Notes under the pieces: model-generated | The model's input: the letters and a program-made list of their open reading frames with translations, nothing else | Told to the model about the DNA's origin: nothing | Databases searched by the model: none | Program-made: the position numbers and the translations under genes | NCBI GenBank assembly: GCA_043814315.1 | Contig: JBDRKE010000005.1 | Span: forward strand, 28,220 to 92,219 | DNA: 64,000 nt | Source: Candidatus Omnitrophota bacterium | Lineage (GTDB): Bacteria; Omnitrophota; Gorgyraeia; Gygaellales; Profunditerraquicolaceae | Direction: 5' to 3' | Shown here: positions 43,616 to 53,760 of the stretch, one piece after another | How the letters are laid out: each line of letters starts with the position of its first letter | How positions within the stretch are numbered: position 1 is the first letter of the stretch

Positions 43616-43900
43616 GTAATGCGAGTTCTTTTAAAATCCCTGCGGTGCGCGTTGGAATTCTGATAATTGTTGAACCAACAATAATCTAATGGGAGCTTGG
43701 AACTTCCTTGGCGCTTTGGCGCTAAGGAGAGAGCACCCACCTGAAACGAAATCGGTTCAGACTGTCACTCCAACGGCACGCTGCGGGGATTTTTTTATTG
43801 AGCCCCGCGGCATTCTTGCATTCGTAAGAATGCAAGAAGCGGGGCGAAATAATCCCGAGCCTGCGCAGTCAATTTCGAAGAAATTGACAAGCGTTTAGGC
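43616..43900 (+). ncRNA. Candidate structured leader or small RNA upstream of rarA (riboswitch-like alternative pairing)
   Basis: Begins downstream of the consensus promoter. Contains hairpins ccttggcgc-tttg-gcgctaagg and GCGGGG-U7-...-CCCCGC (43784-43808), a long hairpin with GNRA loop cattcttgcattc-GTAA-gaatgcaagaa (43811-43838), and a second GCGGGG (43839-43844) that could pair alternatively with CCCCGC. No convincing CDS: the 69-aa track ORF is low-complexity. Confidence 0.35.
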
Positions 43901-43921
43901 GAGGGGTAATCCATTCTTAGC

Positions 43922-45259
43922 ATGCCCAATCAAGCTGCCGATTTATTCAATCTCGATCAACCCCTCGACTCTAAAACCTTCCCTTTAGCTGTGCGCATGC
44001 GGCCCTGTGCCTTAGAGGAGTTTGTAGGACAGGCCCATCTCCTGGGCAAGGGAAAACTTTTACGCCGCGCCATTGAAGCGGATCGTTTAAGCTCTGTCAT
44101 TTTATACGGCCCGCCGGGCACAGGGAAAACTTCCCTGGCCTGGTGCATTGCCCACGTCACTAAGGCCTACTACGAAGCCATCAATGCCACGACCTCTAAC
44201 GTCGAAGAATTGAGGCGGCTGATGGCCTCGGCAAAAATAAAATACGCCAACACAGGCCGTAAGACCACGCTTTTTATTGACGAGATCCACCGTTTTAATA
44301 AAGCTCAGCAGGATGTGCTTTTGCCTGATGTCGAAGACGGCAATCCCATTTTAATCGGCGCCACTGTCCACAACCCCTTTTTTTCTCTTGTCTCGCCCCT
44401 TTTGTCGCGCTCCCTGGTTTGCGAATTAAAGGCTTTAAAAGTAAACGAACTCATGTCGATCCTCCAGTCCGCCTTAAAGGATAAAACCCGGGGACTGGGG
44501 AATCAAAAGATAAAGATGGACAAAAAGGCGCTTGTCTTTTTAGCCAAGACGTGTGAAGGGGATGCCAGGCGCTGTCTGAGCGCCCTTGAGATAGGTTCTC
44601 TTACCACCTCCAAGTCTAAAGACGGTACCATCCATTTCACTTTAGAGGTTGCCAGCGAATCCATCCAGAAAAAAGCCCTGCTTTACGATAGGGATGAAGA
44701 CGGTCATTATGACACGGCCTCAGCCTTTATAAAAGCCATGCGTGGCTCTGATCCCGATGCGGCTTTGTACTGGATGGCCAAGATGCTTTATGCCGGAGAA
44801 GACCCGCGCTTCATTGCTCGTCGGATTTGCATCCTGGCTGCAGAGGACGTGGGTAACGCTGACCCCCTGGCCCTTGTTTTAGCCAACGCCTCCCTGCAGA
44901 TATCGGAGTTTGTGGGGATGCCTGAGGCAAGAATCCCTCTGGCCCAGGCAGTGATCTATGTCTCCTGTGCGCCTAAATCCAATGCCAGCTACCTGGCGAT
45001 AGAGAAGGCGGCCCAGGATATCGAACAAAAAAAGGTCCAGGAGGTGCCGGACCATCTCAAAGAGGCCTCTTATTCAGGAGCTGAAAAGCTTGGCCATGGC
45101 AAGGATTATAAATACGCGCACGACTATCCCGAACATTTTGTAGGCCAGAAATATACACGTAAGCGCGTGCGTTATTATGAGCCTACCGAGATGGGATTTG
45201 AAGCCAAGATCAAGCAGCGTCTTGAAAAGCTGCGCGCCAGCCAGAACCCCAAGAAATAA
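43922..45259 (+). CDS. rarA: Replication-associated recombination protein A (RarA/MgsA AAA+ ATPase)
   Basis: GPPGTGKTSLA Walker A, MgsA-specific C-terminal domains, 445 aa. Confidence 0.9.
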   Translation: MPNQAADLFNLDQPLDSKTFPLAVRMRPCALEEFVGQAHLLGKGKLLRRAIEADRLSSVILYGPPGTGKTSLAWCIAHVTKAYYEAINATTSNVEELRRLMASAKIKYANTGRKTTLFIDEIHRFNKAQQDVLLPDVEDGNPILIGATVHNPFFSLVSPLLSRSLVCELKALKVNELMSILQSALKDKTRGLGNQKIKMDKKALVFLAKTCEGDARRCLSALEIGSLTTSKSKDGTIHFTLEVASESIQKKALLYDRDEDGHYDTASAFIKAMRGSDPDAALYWMAKMLYAGEDPRFIARRICILAAEDVGNADPLALVLANASLQISEFVGMPEARIPLAQAVIYVSCAPKSNASYLAIEKAAQDIEQKKVQEVPDHLKEASYSGAEKLGHGKDYKYAHDYPEHFVGQKYTRKRVRYYEPTEMGFEAKIKQRLEKLRASQNPKK

Positions 45260-45461
45260 CCTGCCACACATATCATTTCAAGATCGGGTCTTGAAACAAT
45301 CCCCCAGACCGTTTCTAAATAACCTCTTGTAAAATAAGGCCTTTTGGCAGAAGTGTCCCGTACCACAAATCTCCCGTTAGATTTTAGTTTACTAACGGAG
45401 AAATTGATGGTTCGGCTTCGCTCACCATCAATTTCAAACGGCTTCTATCGGTAGAAATTGA

Positions 45462-45490
45462 TTGCATGCCTTCATGTTTCGCTGTAGAAT
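45462..45490 (+). promoter_or_regulatory. Sigma70-type promoter (TTGCAT-17 nt-TAGAAT) upstream of the EF-G fusion ORF
   Basis: -35 TTGCAT at 45462-45467, 17-nt spacer, -10 TAGAAT at 45485-45490. About 85 nt upstream of ATG 45574, with a GGTGCC-TCAC-GGCACC hairpin in the 5' UTR. Confidence 0.5.
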
Positions 45491-45573
45491 AATGAATCGT
45501 AATTAAAAAGGCGAACTATTTGCTGTGCAGCGGTGCCTCACGGCACCTGCTTGAGTAACCTATTGCAGTTAAG

Positions 45574-48500
45574 ATGCTCACGATACTTTATATAGCTTTG
45601 TTGGCAGCTATCAGCATGATAGCTTACGCTATCTACGGGATGGCAACGGCAGATTCTGCGGCCCGACCCAGGCCAAGAAGAGTGCCGGAAGGGAAAAATC
45701 AAAATTACGGGAAAGAAAAGACCGAAAAACTACAGATGCAAGTGTCAGCCCTGCAGGGAGAACTGGAAAAGGTAAAAACGGATTATGCCCATAGCCGGCA
45801 AGAAGTTGAGGTTTCCGGAAAATCCCAGGCGCAGTTAGAGGAGGAGCTCGTCCGTAGGCAGGATTGGGTGGTTAAAGCGGAAGAGGCATTGAATAAAACC
45901 AAGGAAGAGCATGGTGGCCTGCAGAAGAAATTTGCGGAAAAAGAAAAAGAGCTGGAAAAGGAGTTTGCCAAGAATGTCAATAGCAGCAAGGAAATTCGGG
46001 AATTAAACGAGAGGCTGGCCTTGCAAGAAGCAGCTATCAAGGACAGCTCGGATAAGATTGAGGCCCAGAAACATAAAATCGAGAAAGTTAATAAAGAACT
46101 TAAAAGCCAGCAGGAAACAATTGAGGAATTCAAAAAGAAAGAACAGATAAGCGAATGGATTCCTAAGCAGGAATTCAATAAGCTTAATGAAGAATACACG
46201 GAACTGGAAAAGGAATTAGAGACTAAGGAAGAGCGGTCAAGGATTTTGATGCAGGAGTTAGGCCATCTGAAGAGCCAGGTGGCCCAGAAGGAGAAAGCCG
46301 TCCCAGTCCTCCAGGAACAGAAAGAGGTGCCTGAAGAAGAGGAGCCCATCAAAGAAGAAGAACCTCCTAAAGAGCAGTTACCGCAAGAGCCCTCTAAGGA
46401 AGAGCCCCCTACTAAGCCCGAAGCACCCTTTGCGCCAGAAGAACCCTCCAAGCCCGAAGAGCCCCTAAAGCCCGAGGAGCCCCTAAAGCCCGAGGAGCCC
46501 CCTAAGTCCGAAGAAATGCAGCTCGGAGAAATGCAGAAGAAGGCTCCTGAGGTTAAGCCAGAGGAGATCCCTCGTGAAGCAGCCAAGAGAGCAAAGAAAA
46601 AAGAGCCAACGCCAGTTCCCCGCACAGAGTTAAAGATGGTCAGAAACATCGGGATTATGGCGCACATCGATGCCGGAAAGACGACTCTGACGGAGAGGAT
46701 TTTGTTTTATACGGGCAAGTCTTATAAAATCGGGGAGGTCCACGAAGGCGCTACACAGATGGATTGGATGAAGCAGGAGCGGGAACGAGGCATTACTATT
46801 ACATCGGCAGCAACGACATGCTTCTGGAAGGACCACAGGATCAATCTTATTGACACCCCTGGCCACGTTGATTTTACGGTTGAGGTGGAAAGGAGCCTTA
46901 GGGTTCTTGATGGCGCGGTGGCTGTTTTTTGCGCGGTAGGAGGGGTTGAGCCTCAATCGGAAACAGTGTGGCATCAATCCGATAAATACAACGTTCCCAA
47001 GATTGCCTTCGTGAACAAGATGGACCGGACAGGTGCTGACTTTCTTAGTGTGTTGAAGGGGATTGAAGAGATCCTGGGTGCCAATGTTGTTGCGCTAGTC
47101 ATTCCGATTGGCAGCGAAGACAGCTTTCGCGGGGTGGTGGATTTGATGGAGATGAAGTCCTATCTCTATCAGGAAGAGTCTCAGGGCAAGGATTTTCTTA
47201 TTGAGGATATCCCCGAAGAGCTTAAGGAAGATGCGCTCAAGTATCGCCATCTCTTAGTGGAGAAAATCTCAGCGCTTGACGAAACTTTAACCAAAAAGTA
47301 CCTGGAGGCTCCGGAGCAAATAACCCGGGAAGAACTCGCGCAGGTTTTGCGTAAGGGCACCATTTCTAATAAAATCGTGCCTCTTCTTTGCGGATCCGCT
47401 TTTAAAAACAAAGGGGTCCAGAAGCTCCTTGATGCGATAACGCTTTACCTGCCTTCTCCGTCGGATACCCCTGAGGTCAAGGGGCACAGCCTTCTTGATG
47501 CCGAAAAAACCGTCCTAAGAAAACCTGATTATCAAGAGCCATTAACGGGCCTTGCCTTTAAGATTCAGGCTGATCCGCATATGGGCAAGCTTGTGTATGT
47601 GAGGATTTATTCCGGCATCTTAGAGACGGGTTCCTATGTGCTTAATGCCACCAAGAACAAAAAGGAAAGAATCGGAAGGATTGTGCAGATGCATGCCAAC
47701 CAGCGGGAGAATGTCGAGTGCGCCTTTGCCGGCGATATCGTAGCCGTGGTAGGCCTTTCGCATACAACCACAGGAGATACCCTGTGCGATAAAGAAGAGC
47801 CCGTGGTCTTGGAGACAATAGAGTTTCCTGTGCCTGTGGTGTCGTTGAGCATCGCCCCAAAGAGCCGCTCGGATCAGGATAAGCTTGGAAAGGGTCTGTC
47901 CAAACTTATGGAGGAGGACCCCACCTTTTTAGTGCAAAGCGACGAAGAAACGAAAGAAACGGTCCTCACGGGCATGGGAGAGCTGCACCTTGAGATCATC
48001 GTGGATAGGCTTAAGGAGGAGTTTGACGTAGAGGCTGTGGTCGGTCAGCCAAAAGTCGCTTACAGGGAAACGATTCTGAAATCATCACACGCCGAAGGAA
48101 AATACATTAAGCAGTCCGGCGGCAGGGGTCAGTATGGCCATGTGGTCATGGAGATTTCGCCGGCTGCGGCTGGAGAGGGCTTCGAGTTTATTGACAGCAT
48201 TAAGGGAGGCGCTATCCCTAAATCCTTTATCCCTGCCGTAGAAAAGGGCGTGATAGAAGCTATGAAGAAAGGGGTCTATGCAGGATTTCCTGTCGTGGAT
48301 GTCAAGGTCAATCTTGTGGATGGATCTTTTCACGAGGTCGATTCGTCTGAACTGGCCTTTAGAATAGCGGCCATTCTGGGATTTAAACAGGCCTTTATGC
48401 AGGCAGAGCCGGCCCTGCTTGAACCCTATATGTCCCTTGAGGCCACCACGCCCGAAGAGTATGTGAATGCCGTCGTGGGATATTTAGGCTCCCGTCGGGG

Positions 48501-48726
48501 GAAAATCTTAAACATGGACAGCAAGGGAAAACAGAAAATAATCTCTGCGGAAGTTCCTCTCTCTGAAATGTTTGGTTATGCGACGGCCCTGCGCTCTTTA
48601 AGCAGCGGCCGTTGCAATGCCTCTATGGAGTTCCTCAGATACGCACATGTCCCCGGTGAAATCGCGCAAAAAGTCAAAGAGGAGCAGAAAAAGAAGGAAG
48701 GGGAGAAGGCGAAAGCGAAATCCTAA
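45574..48726 (+). CDS. Elongation factor G paralog with a 350-aa N-terminal extension (TM helix, coiled coil, Pro/Glu-rich linker)
   Basis: The C-terminal 700 aa is a complete EF-G: G domain [26 protein letters not shown]; G' insert; domain [14 protein letters not shown]; domain V. The N-terminus [24 protein letters not shown] is a TM helix, followed by about 230 aa of heptad-like E/K/L/Q-rich sequence and [25 protein letters not shown] single frame with no stop. An internal Met ([12 protein letters not shown], nt 46627) would give a canonical 700-aa EF-G on its own. Confidence 0.8.
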   Translation: MLTILYIALLAAISMIAYAIYGMATADSAARPRPRRVPEGKNQNYGKEKTEKLQMQVSALQGELEKVKTDYAHSRQEVEVSGKSQAQLEEELVRRQDWVVKAEEALNKTKEEHGGLQKKFAEKEKELEKEFAKNVNSSKEIRELNERLALQEAAIKDSSDKIEAQKHKIEKVNKELKSQQETIEEFKKKEQISEWIPKQEFNKLNEEYTELEKELETKEERSRILMQELGHLKSQVAQKEKAVPVLQEQKEVPEEEEPIKEEEPPKEQLPQEPSKEEPPTKPEAPFAPEEPSKPEEPLKPEEPLKPEEPPKSEEMQLGEMQKKAPEVKPEEIPREAAKRAKKKEPTPVPRTELKMVRNIGIMAHIDAGKTTLTERILFYTGKSYKIGEVHEGATQMDWMKQERERGITITSAATTCFWKDHRINLIDTPGHVDFTVEVERSLRVLDGAVAVFCAVGGVEPQSETVWHQSDKYNVPKIAFVNKMDRTGADFLSVLKGIEEILGANVVALVIPIGSEDSFRGVVDLMEMKSYLYQEESQGKDFLIEDIPEELKEDALKYRHLLVEKISALDETLTKKYLEAPEQITREELAQVLRKGTISNKIVPLLCGSAFKNKGVQKLLDAITLYLPSPSDTPEVKGHSLLDAEKTVLRKPDYQEPLTGLAFKIQADPHMGKLVYVRIYSGILETGSYVLNATKNKKERIGRIVQMHANQRENVECAFAGDIVAVVGLSHTTTGDTLCDKEEPVVLETIEFPVPVVSLSIAPKSRSDQDKLGKGLSKLMEEDPTFLVQSDEETKETVLTGMGELHLEIIVDRLKEEFDVEAVVGQPKVAYRETILKSSHAEGKYIKQSGGRGQYGHVVMEISPAAAGEGFEFIDSIKGGAIPKSFIPAVEKGVIEAMKKGVYAGFPVVDVKVNLVDGSFHEVDSSELAFRIAAILGFKQAFMQAEPALLEPYMSLEATTPEEYVNAVVGYLGSRRGKILNMDSKGKQKIISAEVPLSEMFGYATALRSLSSGRCNASMEFLRYAHVPGEIAQKVKEEQKKKEGEKAKAKS
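46435..46515 (+). repeat. 18-nt tandem repeat (CCCGARGAGCCCCTAAAG, three copies) encoding a PEEPLK linker
   Basis: cccgaagagcccctaaag cccgaggagcccctaaag cccgaggagccccctaag read directly. Confidence 0.8.
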
Positions 48727-48776
48727 AATAAGCCAATAGAAAAGAGACAAAAGACAGGAAAGGAAAGGATAGGGCC

Positions 48777-49331
48777 ATGAAGAGACTGCCTATTTACTTA
48801 TTATCGGCGATTTTTATGAGCAGCGTTTATACGGGAGGGTTTGCGATGGAGGCGACAGTCGTGGTCTTAGAGACCAATCAAGGAGTCATAGAAGTTAAGT
48901 TGATGCCGGAGGTGGCGCCCAAGGCCTGCGAGAATTTTACAAAACTCGTGGAAAAAGGTTATTACAATGGGATAACCTTTCACAGGGTGATTAAAGGTTT
49001 TATGATTCAGGGAGGGGATCCCACGGGCACAGGCATGGGGGGCGAGTCCATCTGGGGTGAGCCTTTTGAAGATGAGGTTACGCCGCAAGTTACATTTGAT
49101 AGGCCGGGCCTGCTGGCCATGGCCAATGCCGGGCCTAACACCAACGGCAGCCAGTTCTTTATCGCTACGGCTAAGACGCCCTGGCTCCATATGCGCCACA
49201 CCATATTCGGGGAAGTTATTTCCGGGCACGATGCGTTGCAAAAAATAGAAAACACGCCAACCGGGCCCTCGGATAAGCCTGTCGAGGAACAAAAGATTAT
49301 CAGGGCGTATTTAAAGACAGGCTCTCAATAG
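48777..49331 (+). CDS. ppiA: Peptidyl-prolyl cis-trans isomerase, cyclophilin type, secreted
   Basis: Signal peptide plus [26 protein letters not shown] cyclophilin signature. Confidence 0.9.
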   Translation: MKRLPIYLLSAIFMSSVYTGGFAMEATVVVLETNQGVIEVKLMPEVAPKACENFTKLVEKGYYNGITFHRVIKGFMIQGGDPTGTGMGGESIWGEPFEDEVTPQVTFDRPGLLAMANAGPNTNGSQFFIATAKTPWLHMRHTIFGEVISGHDALQKIENTPTGPSDKPVEEQKIIRAYLKTGSQ

Positions 49332-49413
49332 AATTTCCCTTGAGCCTCCCCTTAAAATGTGTTAAAATTTTGTATTGAGCATTTAATCTTTTAAGCCATA
49401 AGGAATAACGGAA

Positions 49414-50070
49414 ATGATCATCACAGAACAGAAGCCATTAGAGAAAATATTAGAATGCCTCAAGGAGTATAAGAAAGTATTCCTTGTAGGGTGCGGAGAG
49501 TGCGCCACGACTTGTAAGACCGGCGGAAAAGATGAGGCCGCCAAGATGCAGCAGGATCTGGAAAATCAGGGGAAGGTTGTTTTAGGCTCCTGCATCCCGG
49601 GCGCACCCTGCGTGGCCAGCCAAATAAAGGCCGAATTAGCAAAAAACATAAAGGCCCTCAGAGAAGCTGAAGCGATTCTGGTTCTGGCGTGCGGGTTAGG
49701 GGTGCAATCCGTCAAGGACAATGATCGCTTAGAGTTGACGGTATTGCCTGCGTGTAACACCTTATTTGGAGCCGTGATGGACGGCCGGGGAAACTTCTAT
49801 GAAAAATGTTCTATGTGCGCCGAGTGCGTTTTAGATATAACAGGGGGGATCTGTCCGATCACCCTCTGTGCCAAAGGGCTTTTAAACGGTCCTTGCGGCG
49901 GGATGGATAAAGGTAAATGCGAGGTAGATAAGGATCAGGATTGCGCCTGGGTTCTAATCTACAAAGAATTAGAGAAGACAAAAAAACTGCAGCGCCTTAA
50001 GGAGATTCGGCAGCCCAAGGATTTTAAAAAGACGAACAAGCCCCATAAATTGGTAGTTACAAAACCCTAG
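49414..50070 (+). CDS. Cysteine-rich metal-binding protein; C-terminal CPITLCAKGLLNGPCGG resembles the MTHFR C-terminal (MetV-type) domain
   Basis: 218 aa with many CxxC pairs and an NGPCGG motif. Family assignment is from memory of a motif, so low confidence. Confidence 0.3.
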   Translation: MIITEQKPLEKILECLKEYKKVFLVGCGECATTCKTGGKDEAAKMQQDLENQGKVVLGSCIPGAPCVASQIKAELAKNIKALREAEAILVLACGLGVQSVKDNDRLELTVLPACNTLFGAVMDGRGNFYEKCSMCAECVLDITGGICPITLCAKGLLNGPCGGMDKGKCEVDKDQDCAWVLIYKELEKTKKLQRLKEIRQPKDFKKTNKPHKLVVTKP

Positions 50071-50079
50071 ACAAGCAGG

Positions 50080-50505
50080 ATGACAGAGCAACCTTATTCA
50101 GATAAAGTCATGGATCATTTCATGAATCCGCGCAACGTCGGCGAGATTCCGGATGCCAGCGGCATTGGCAGCGTCGGTAACCCGATATGTGGCGACGTAA
50201 TGAGAATGTACCTGAAGATAGAAAAAAACGTTATTACAGACGCGAAGTTTAAGACGTTCGGATGTGGCGCGGCTATAAGTACCAGCTCCATGGTGACCGA
50301 GATGGTCAAGGGCAAACCCATTGAGGAGGCCTTAAAGATTACGAATAAAGCCGTAGCCGAAGCGCTGGGAGGATTACCTCCCATCAAGATGCACTGTTCT
50401 GTATTAGCCGAGGAGGCTTTGCGCTCTGCTTTAAAAGACTACTATAGAAAACAAGGCAAGGAGCCCCCTTTTAAAGACAGAGAACATGCTTCCCACGAAC
50501 ATTGA
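50080..50505 (+). CDS. iscU: Fe-S cluster assembly scaffold IscU/NifU-like
   Basis: Three conserved Cys (GNPICGD, FGCGAAI, MHCSVLA) in IscU spacing; 141 aa. Confidence 0.85.
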   Translation: MTEQPYSDKVMDHFMNPRNVGEIPDASGIGSVGNPICGDVMRMYLKIEKNVITDAKFKTFGCGAAISTSSMVTEMVKGKPIEEALKITNKAVAEALGGLPPIKMHCSVLAEEALRSALKDYYRKQGKEPPFKDREHASHEH

Positions 50506-51058
50506 TCAGGTGATGTTGACAAAACGCCAGATACGTAGTAGAATCATCTGCAGACTAAAAACACAGAAGGAGGCAGATCGGGACCGAAAAAGCAAAATCA
50601 TTAGAAATAAGCTTTTGAGGACACAGATTTTCAGGAAAGCAAAGATTGTGATGTTTTATATAGCGTTTGGCGATGAAGTAGAGACGCAAGACATGATAAA
50701 GGCAGCTATTAAATTAGGCAAGATTGTAACTGTGCCGGTGTGCATTCACAGAAAAGTGGCTTTGAGGCCAGGTATATTAGATGAAAGTATCAAGTTGCAA
50801 AGAGGGCCTTATGGAGTATGCGAGCCCTCGACCAAACGGTTCATCCCGCTTAAAGATCTGGATATCGTCATTGTGCCGGGTTTGGCCTTTGATAAAAAAG
50901 GCAATCGTTTGGGCCGGGGCAAGGGTTATTACGACCGATTCTTAAAGATGCTCCCTAAGAAAATCCCCACTATTGGCCTGGCCTTCGACTTCCAAATCTT
51001 ACCTAAAGTCCCCGCCAAAACGCACGATATCAACGTCAACAGAATCATCTTTGCATAA
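50486..51058 (+). CDS. 5-formyltetrahydrofolate cyclo-ligase
   Basis: LDIVIVPGLAFDKKGNRLGRGKGYYDRFL matches the 5-FCL C-terminal motif. A start at Met 50513 would avoid the overlap with iscU. Confidence 0.8.
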   Translation: MLPTNIDQVMLTKRQIRSRIICRLKTQKEADRDRKSKIIRNKLLRTQIFRKAKIVMFYIAFGDEVETQDMIKAAIKLGKIVTVPVCIHRKVALRPGILDESIKLQRGPYGVCEPSTKRFIPLKDLDIVIVPGLAFDKKGNRLGRGKGYYDRFLKMLPKKIPTIGLAFDFQILPKVPAKTHDINVNRIIFA

Positions 51059-51202
51059 CCGCAAAAGCGCAAAGGCATCTTAAGAATATTCACCAATAAA
51101 TACAGCAAAGCCGCAAAAGGTATTATTGCGGTTTAGCGGTGAAGATATTGCTGCGGGGGTTGAGTTTTGCGTTTTTGCGATAAAAGGAGGCTGGTTATAC
51201 TT

Positions 51203-52756
51203 ATGCTAAACATTATCCTATTTGCGGGGATTGCGATAGGGGCAATAATCCTTGGATATTCCGTAAGAAAATATGTAGCTGAAAAAAAGATTCAGAACGC
51301 AGAAGCAAGGGCACAGCACATTTTAGAACAGGTAAAGAAAGAGGCCCAGGACAGGCGTCGAGAAGTGGAGTTAGAAGCCAAAGACCTTCTCTACAGAATG
51401 CGGCAGGATTTTGAACGTGAGACCAAAGATCGGCGTCAGGAAATATTCAGCTTAGAAAAAAGGCTGACCCAGAAAGAGGAAAACATTGACCGCAGGCTTG
51501 ATTTGTTAGAAAAGAAAGAGAGGGAAATCGAGGCCAGAAGCGAAAGCTTCAAAAGACAGGAAGAGGCGATCAGGACGAAAGATGCTCAATTGCATTCGCT
51601 CATCGCGGAAGAGAAGGAACGATTGCAGAAGATTTCTTCCTTGTCGGCCGAAGAGGCAAAGCAGATACTGCTGAGCAGGCTCAATGAAGAGCTGAATAAT
51701 GAAAAGGCGGTACTTATTAAAAGACAAGAAGAAGAATTACGCGGCATCGCGGATAAAAAGGCCCGCGAGATCGTAAGTCTGGCTATACAAAGATGTGCGG
51801 CCGAGCACACGGTGGAGTCCACGGTCAGCGTCGTGACATTGCCTAATGATGAAATGAAAGGGCGGGTGATCGGGAGGGAAGGCCGTAACATCCGCGCTTT
51901 AGAAATGGCGACGGGCGTCGATGTTATCATCGACGATACGCCGGAGGCCGTAACCTTATCGGCCTTTGATACGGTGCGTCGAGAAATCGCGCGCCTGAGC
52001 CTCGAGAAACTTATCGCCGATGGCAGGATTCACCCGGGGCGAATCGAAGAGATCGTGGAGAAAACAAAAAAAGAAATGGAAGACAAGATTCGCGAAGAGG
52101 GGGAGAAGGCGGCTTTTGAGGCCGGGGTCAACGGCCTGCATCCGGAGCTTATCAAGCTGTTAGGCCGCTTAAAATATAGAACCAGTTTTGGTCAAAACGC
52201 CCTCCAGCATTCTAAGGAAGTATCTTTTCTTTTAGGGATCATGGCCTCGGAGTTGGGCCTGGATTTTAAATTAGCCAAGAGAGTGGGCCTTCTGCACGAC
52301 ATAGGAAAAGCGGTAGATCATCAAGTGGAAGGCACGCACGCAAAGCTTGGCGCTGAATTATGCAAGAAGTACAATGAATCCGTTGAGCTTATTTCCGCCG
52401 TGGAGGCGCACCACGAAGAAACTGCAGCTTCGAGTCTTTATGGGGTTCTGGCGATAGCTGCCGATGCGATTAGCGCAGCCAGGCCAGGCGCAAGACGAGA
52501 GACCCTGGAGACCTATATCAAGCGGCTGGAAAAATTGGAATCCATCGCGAATCTCTTTAAAGGCGTTGAAAAGTCTTTTGCGATTCAGGCAGGGCGGGAG
52601 ATCCGCGTCATTGTGCAACCAGAAAAAATTTCGGATGGAGAGGCTATAAACTTGTCACGCGAAATCCGGAAAAAGATTGAAGAGGGGATGGAGTATCCCG
52701 GCCAGATCAAGGTCACCGTGATTCGCGAGACCAGGGCGATCGAATACGCGAAGTAA
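51203..52756 (+). CDS. rny: Ribonuclease Y
   Basis: N-terminal TM helix, coiled coil, KH domain ([15 protein letters not shown]) and HD domain (LLHDIGK). The track start at 51167 is probably too early. Confidence 0.9.
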   Translation: MLNIILFAGIAIGAIILGYSVRKYVAEKKIQNAEARAQHILEQVKKEAQDRRREVELEAKDLLYRMRQDFERETKDRRQEIFSLEKRLTQKEENIDRRLDLLEKKEREIEARSESFKRQEEAIRTKDAQLHSLIAEEKERLQKISSLSAEEAKQILLSRLNEELNNEKAVLIKRQEEELRGIADKKAREIVSLAIQRCAAEHTVESTVSVVTLPNDEMKGRVIGREGRNIRALEMATGVDVIIDDTPEAVTLSAFDTVRREIARLSLEKLIADGRIHPGRIEEIVEKTKKEMEDKIREEGEKAAFEAGVNGLHPELIKLLGRLKYRTSFGQNALQHSKEVSFLLGIMASELGLDFKLAKRVGLLHDIGKAVDHQVEGTHAKLGAELCKKYNESVELISAVEAHHEETAASSLYGVLAIAADAISAARPGARRETLETYIKRLEKLESIANLFKGVEKSFAIQAGREIRVIVQPEKISDGEAINLSREIRKKIEEGMEYPGQIKVTVIRETRAIEYAK

Positions 52757-52838
52757 TGTTCGTTGCGCGTCGCGTACAGCGCATTGCGCGCAATACGCAA
52801 TACGCAATACGCGGTACGCATGACGTAAAAATAGCGCT

Positions 52839-53624
52839 ATGAAAATATTGTTTATCGGAGACATCGTGGGCAGTCCCGGCCGAGAGGCGATAGCCAGGAG
52901 CCTAGCGGAATTAAAGAAAGAATACAAATTGCAGTTTATCATCGCCAATGCCGAGAACGCCGCCGGCGGTTCCGGCATTACGCTTAAAGTTGCGGATGAA
53001 CTGTTTGGGCATGGAATCGATTGCTTGACCTCCGGAGACCATATCTGGAAAAAAAGGGATATTTTTGGGCTTATTAATCAAGAGGAGCGAATCTTGAGGC
53101 CTTTGAATTTTCCTTTCGGAGCACCCGGCAAAGGCGCAAGCTTATTTAAAACAAAGGAAGGGCTCTCTGTCGGGGTCATCAATGTTTGTGGTAGAGTGTT
53201 CATGGAGCCCTTGGAATGTCCTTTTAGGACAAGCCGGCAAGCGGTAGAAGAGTTATCTAAGCAGACGAGCGTCATTGTGGTGGATGTGCACGCAGAGGCC
53301 ACCTCAGAAAAGATAGCCCTGGGGTGGTATCTCGACGGAAAGGTCTCTGCGGTTTTGGGAACGCATACACACATACAAACGGCAGACGAGAGGATTTTGC
53401 CCCAAGGAACAGCCTATGTAACGGATGTGGGCATGACCGGGCCTTATGATTCTGTGATCGGCAGAAGAATCGAAGATGTGTTGGAAAGATTTGTCACGTC
53501 AATCCCCACCCGGCTCGAAGTCGCTAGCGATAATATCCAACTGCATGCGGTGGTTTTAGATATCGATGAAAACACAGGGAAGGCTAGATCCATAGAGAGG
53601 ATTCAGAAAAAGCTCCTAGGTTAA
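52839..53624 (+). CDS. ymdB: YmdB-family metallophosphoesterase (2',3'-cyclic-nucleotide 2'-phosphodiesterase, TIGR00282-like)
   Basis: MKILFIGDIVGSPGR...IANAENAAGG; conserved rny-ymdB synteny. Confidence 0.85.
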   Translation: MKILFIGDIVGSPGREAIARSLAELKKEYKLQFIIANAENAAGGSGITLKVADELFGHGIDCLTSGDHIWKKRDIFGLINQEERILRPLNFPFGAPGKGASLFKTKEGLSVGVINVCGRVFMEPLECPFRTSRQAVEELSKQTSVIVVDVHAEATSEKIALGWYLDGKVSAVLGTHTHIQTADERILPQGTAYVTDVGMTGPYDSVIGRRIEDVLERFVTSIPTRLEVASDNIQLHAVVLDIDENTGKARSIERIQKKLLG

Positions 53625-53625
53625 T

Positions 53626-53760
53626 GTCAAATGTCAAAATCCAAAATTCAAAATAAATCCCAAATCCAAAATCCAAAAAGAAGAATTCTCCATTTTGCAT
53701 GCTGCGTTTTGTGTTTATCTTGGATTTTGTGCTTTGTGCTTTGTCATCCAACTTTTGCCC
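53626..53760. repeat. Family A repeat element; its right arm overlaps the start of the next CDS
   Basis: tgtcaaatgtcaaaatccaaaattcaaaataaatcccaaatccaaaatccaaaa...ttggattttgtgctttgtgctttgtcat. Confidence 0.7.

Noticed and set aside
43689-43898. 69-aa plus-strand ORF in the rarA upstream region
   Set aside because: Sits inside the strongly structured candidate RNA; Ala/Arg-rich composition from GC hairpins; no RBS.
45783-46667. 294-aa minus-strand ORF
   Set aside because: Antisense to the coiled-coil and linker region of the EF-G fusion; low-complexity Ser/Gly-rich translation is a typical shadow ORF.
45574-48726. Initial impression that the 1050-aa protein is IF-2 (infB), because of its size and Pro/Glu-rich N-terminal region
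   Set aside because: The GTPase core has the EF-G signatures (AHIDAGKTT...DTPGHVDF, G' insertion, domain [14 protein letters not shown], domain V), not IF-2 domains.
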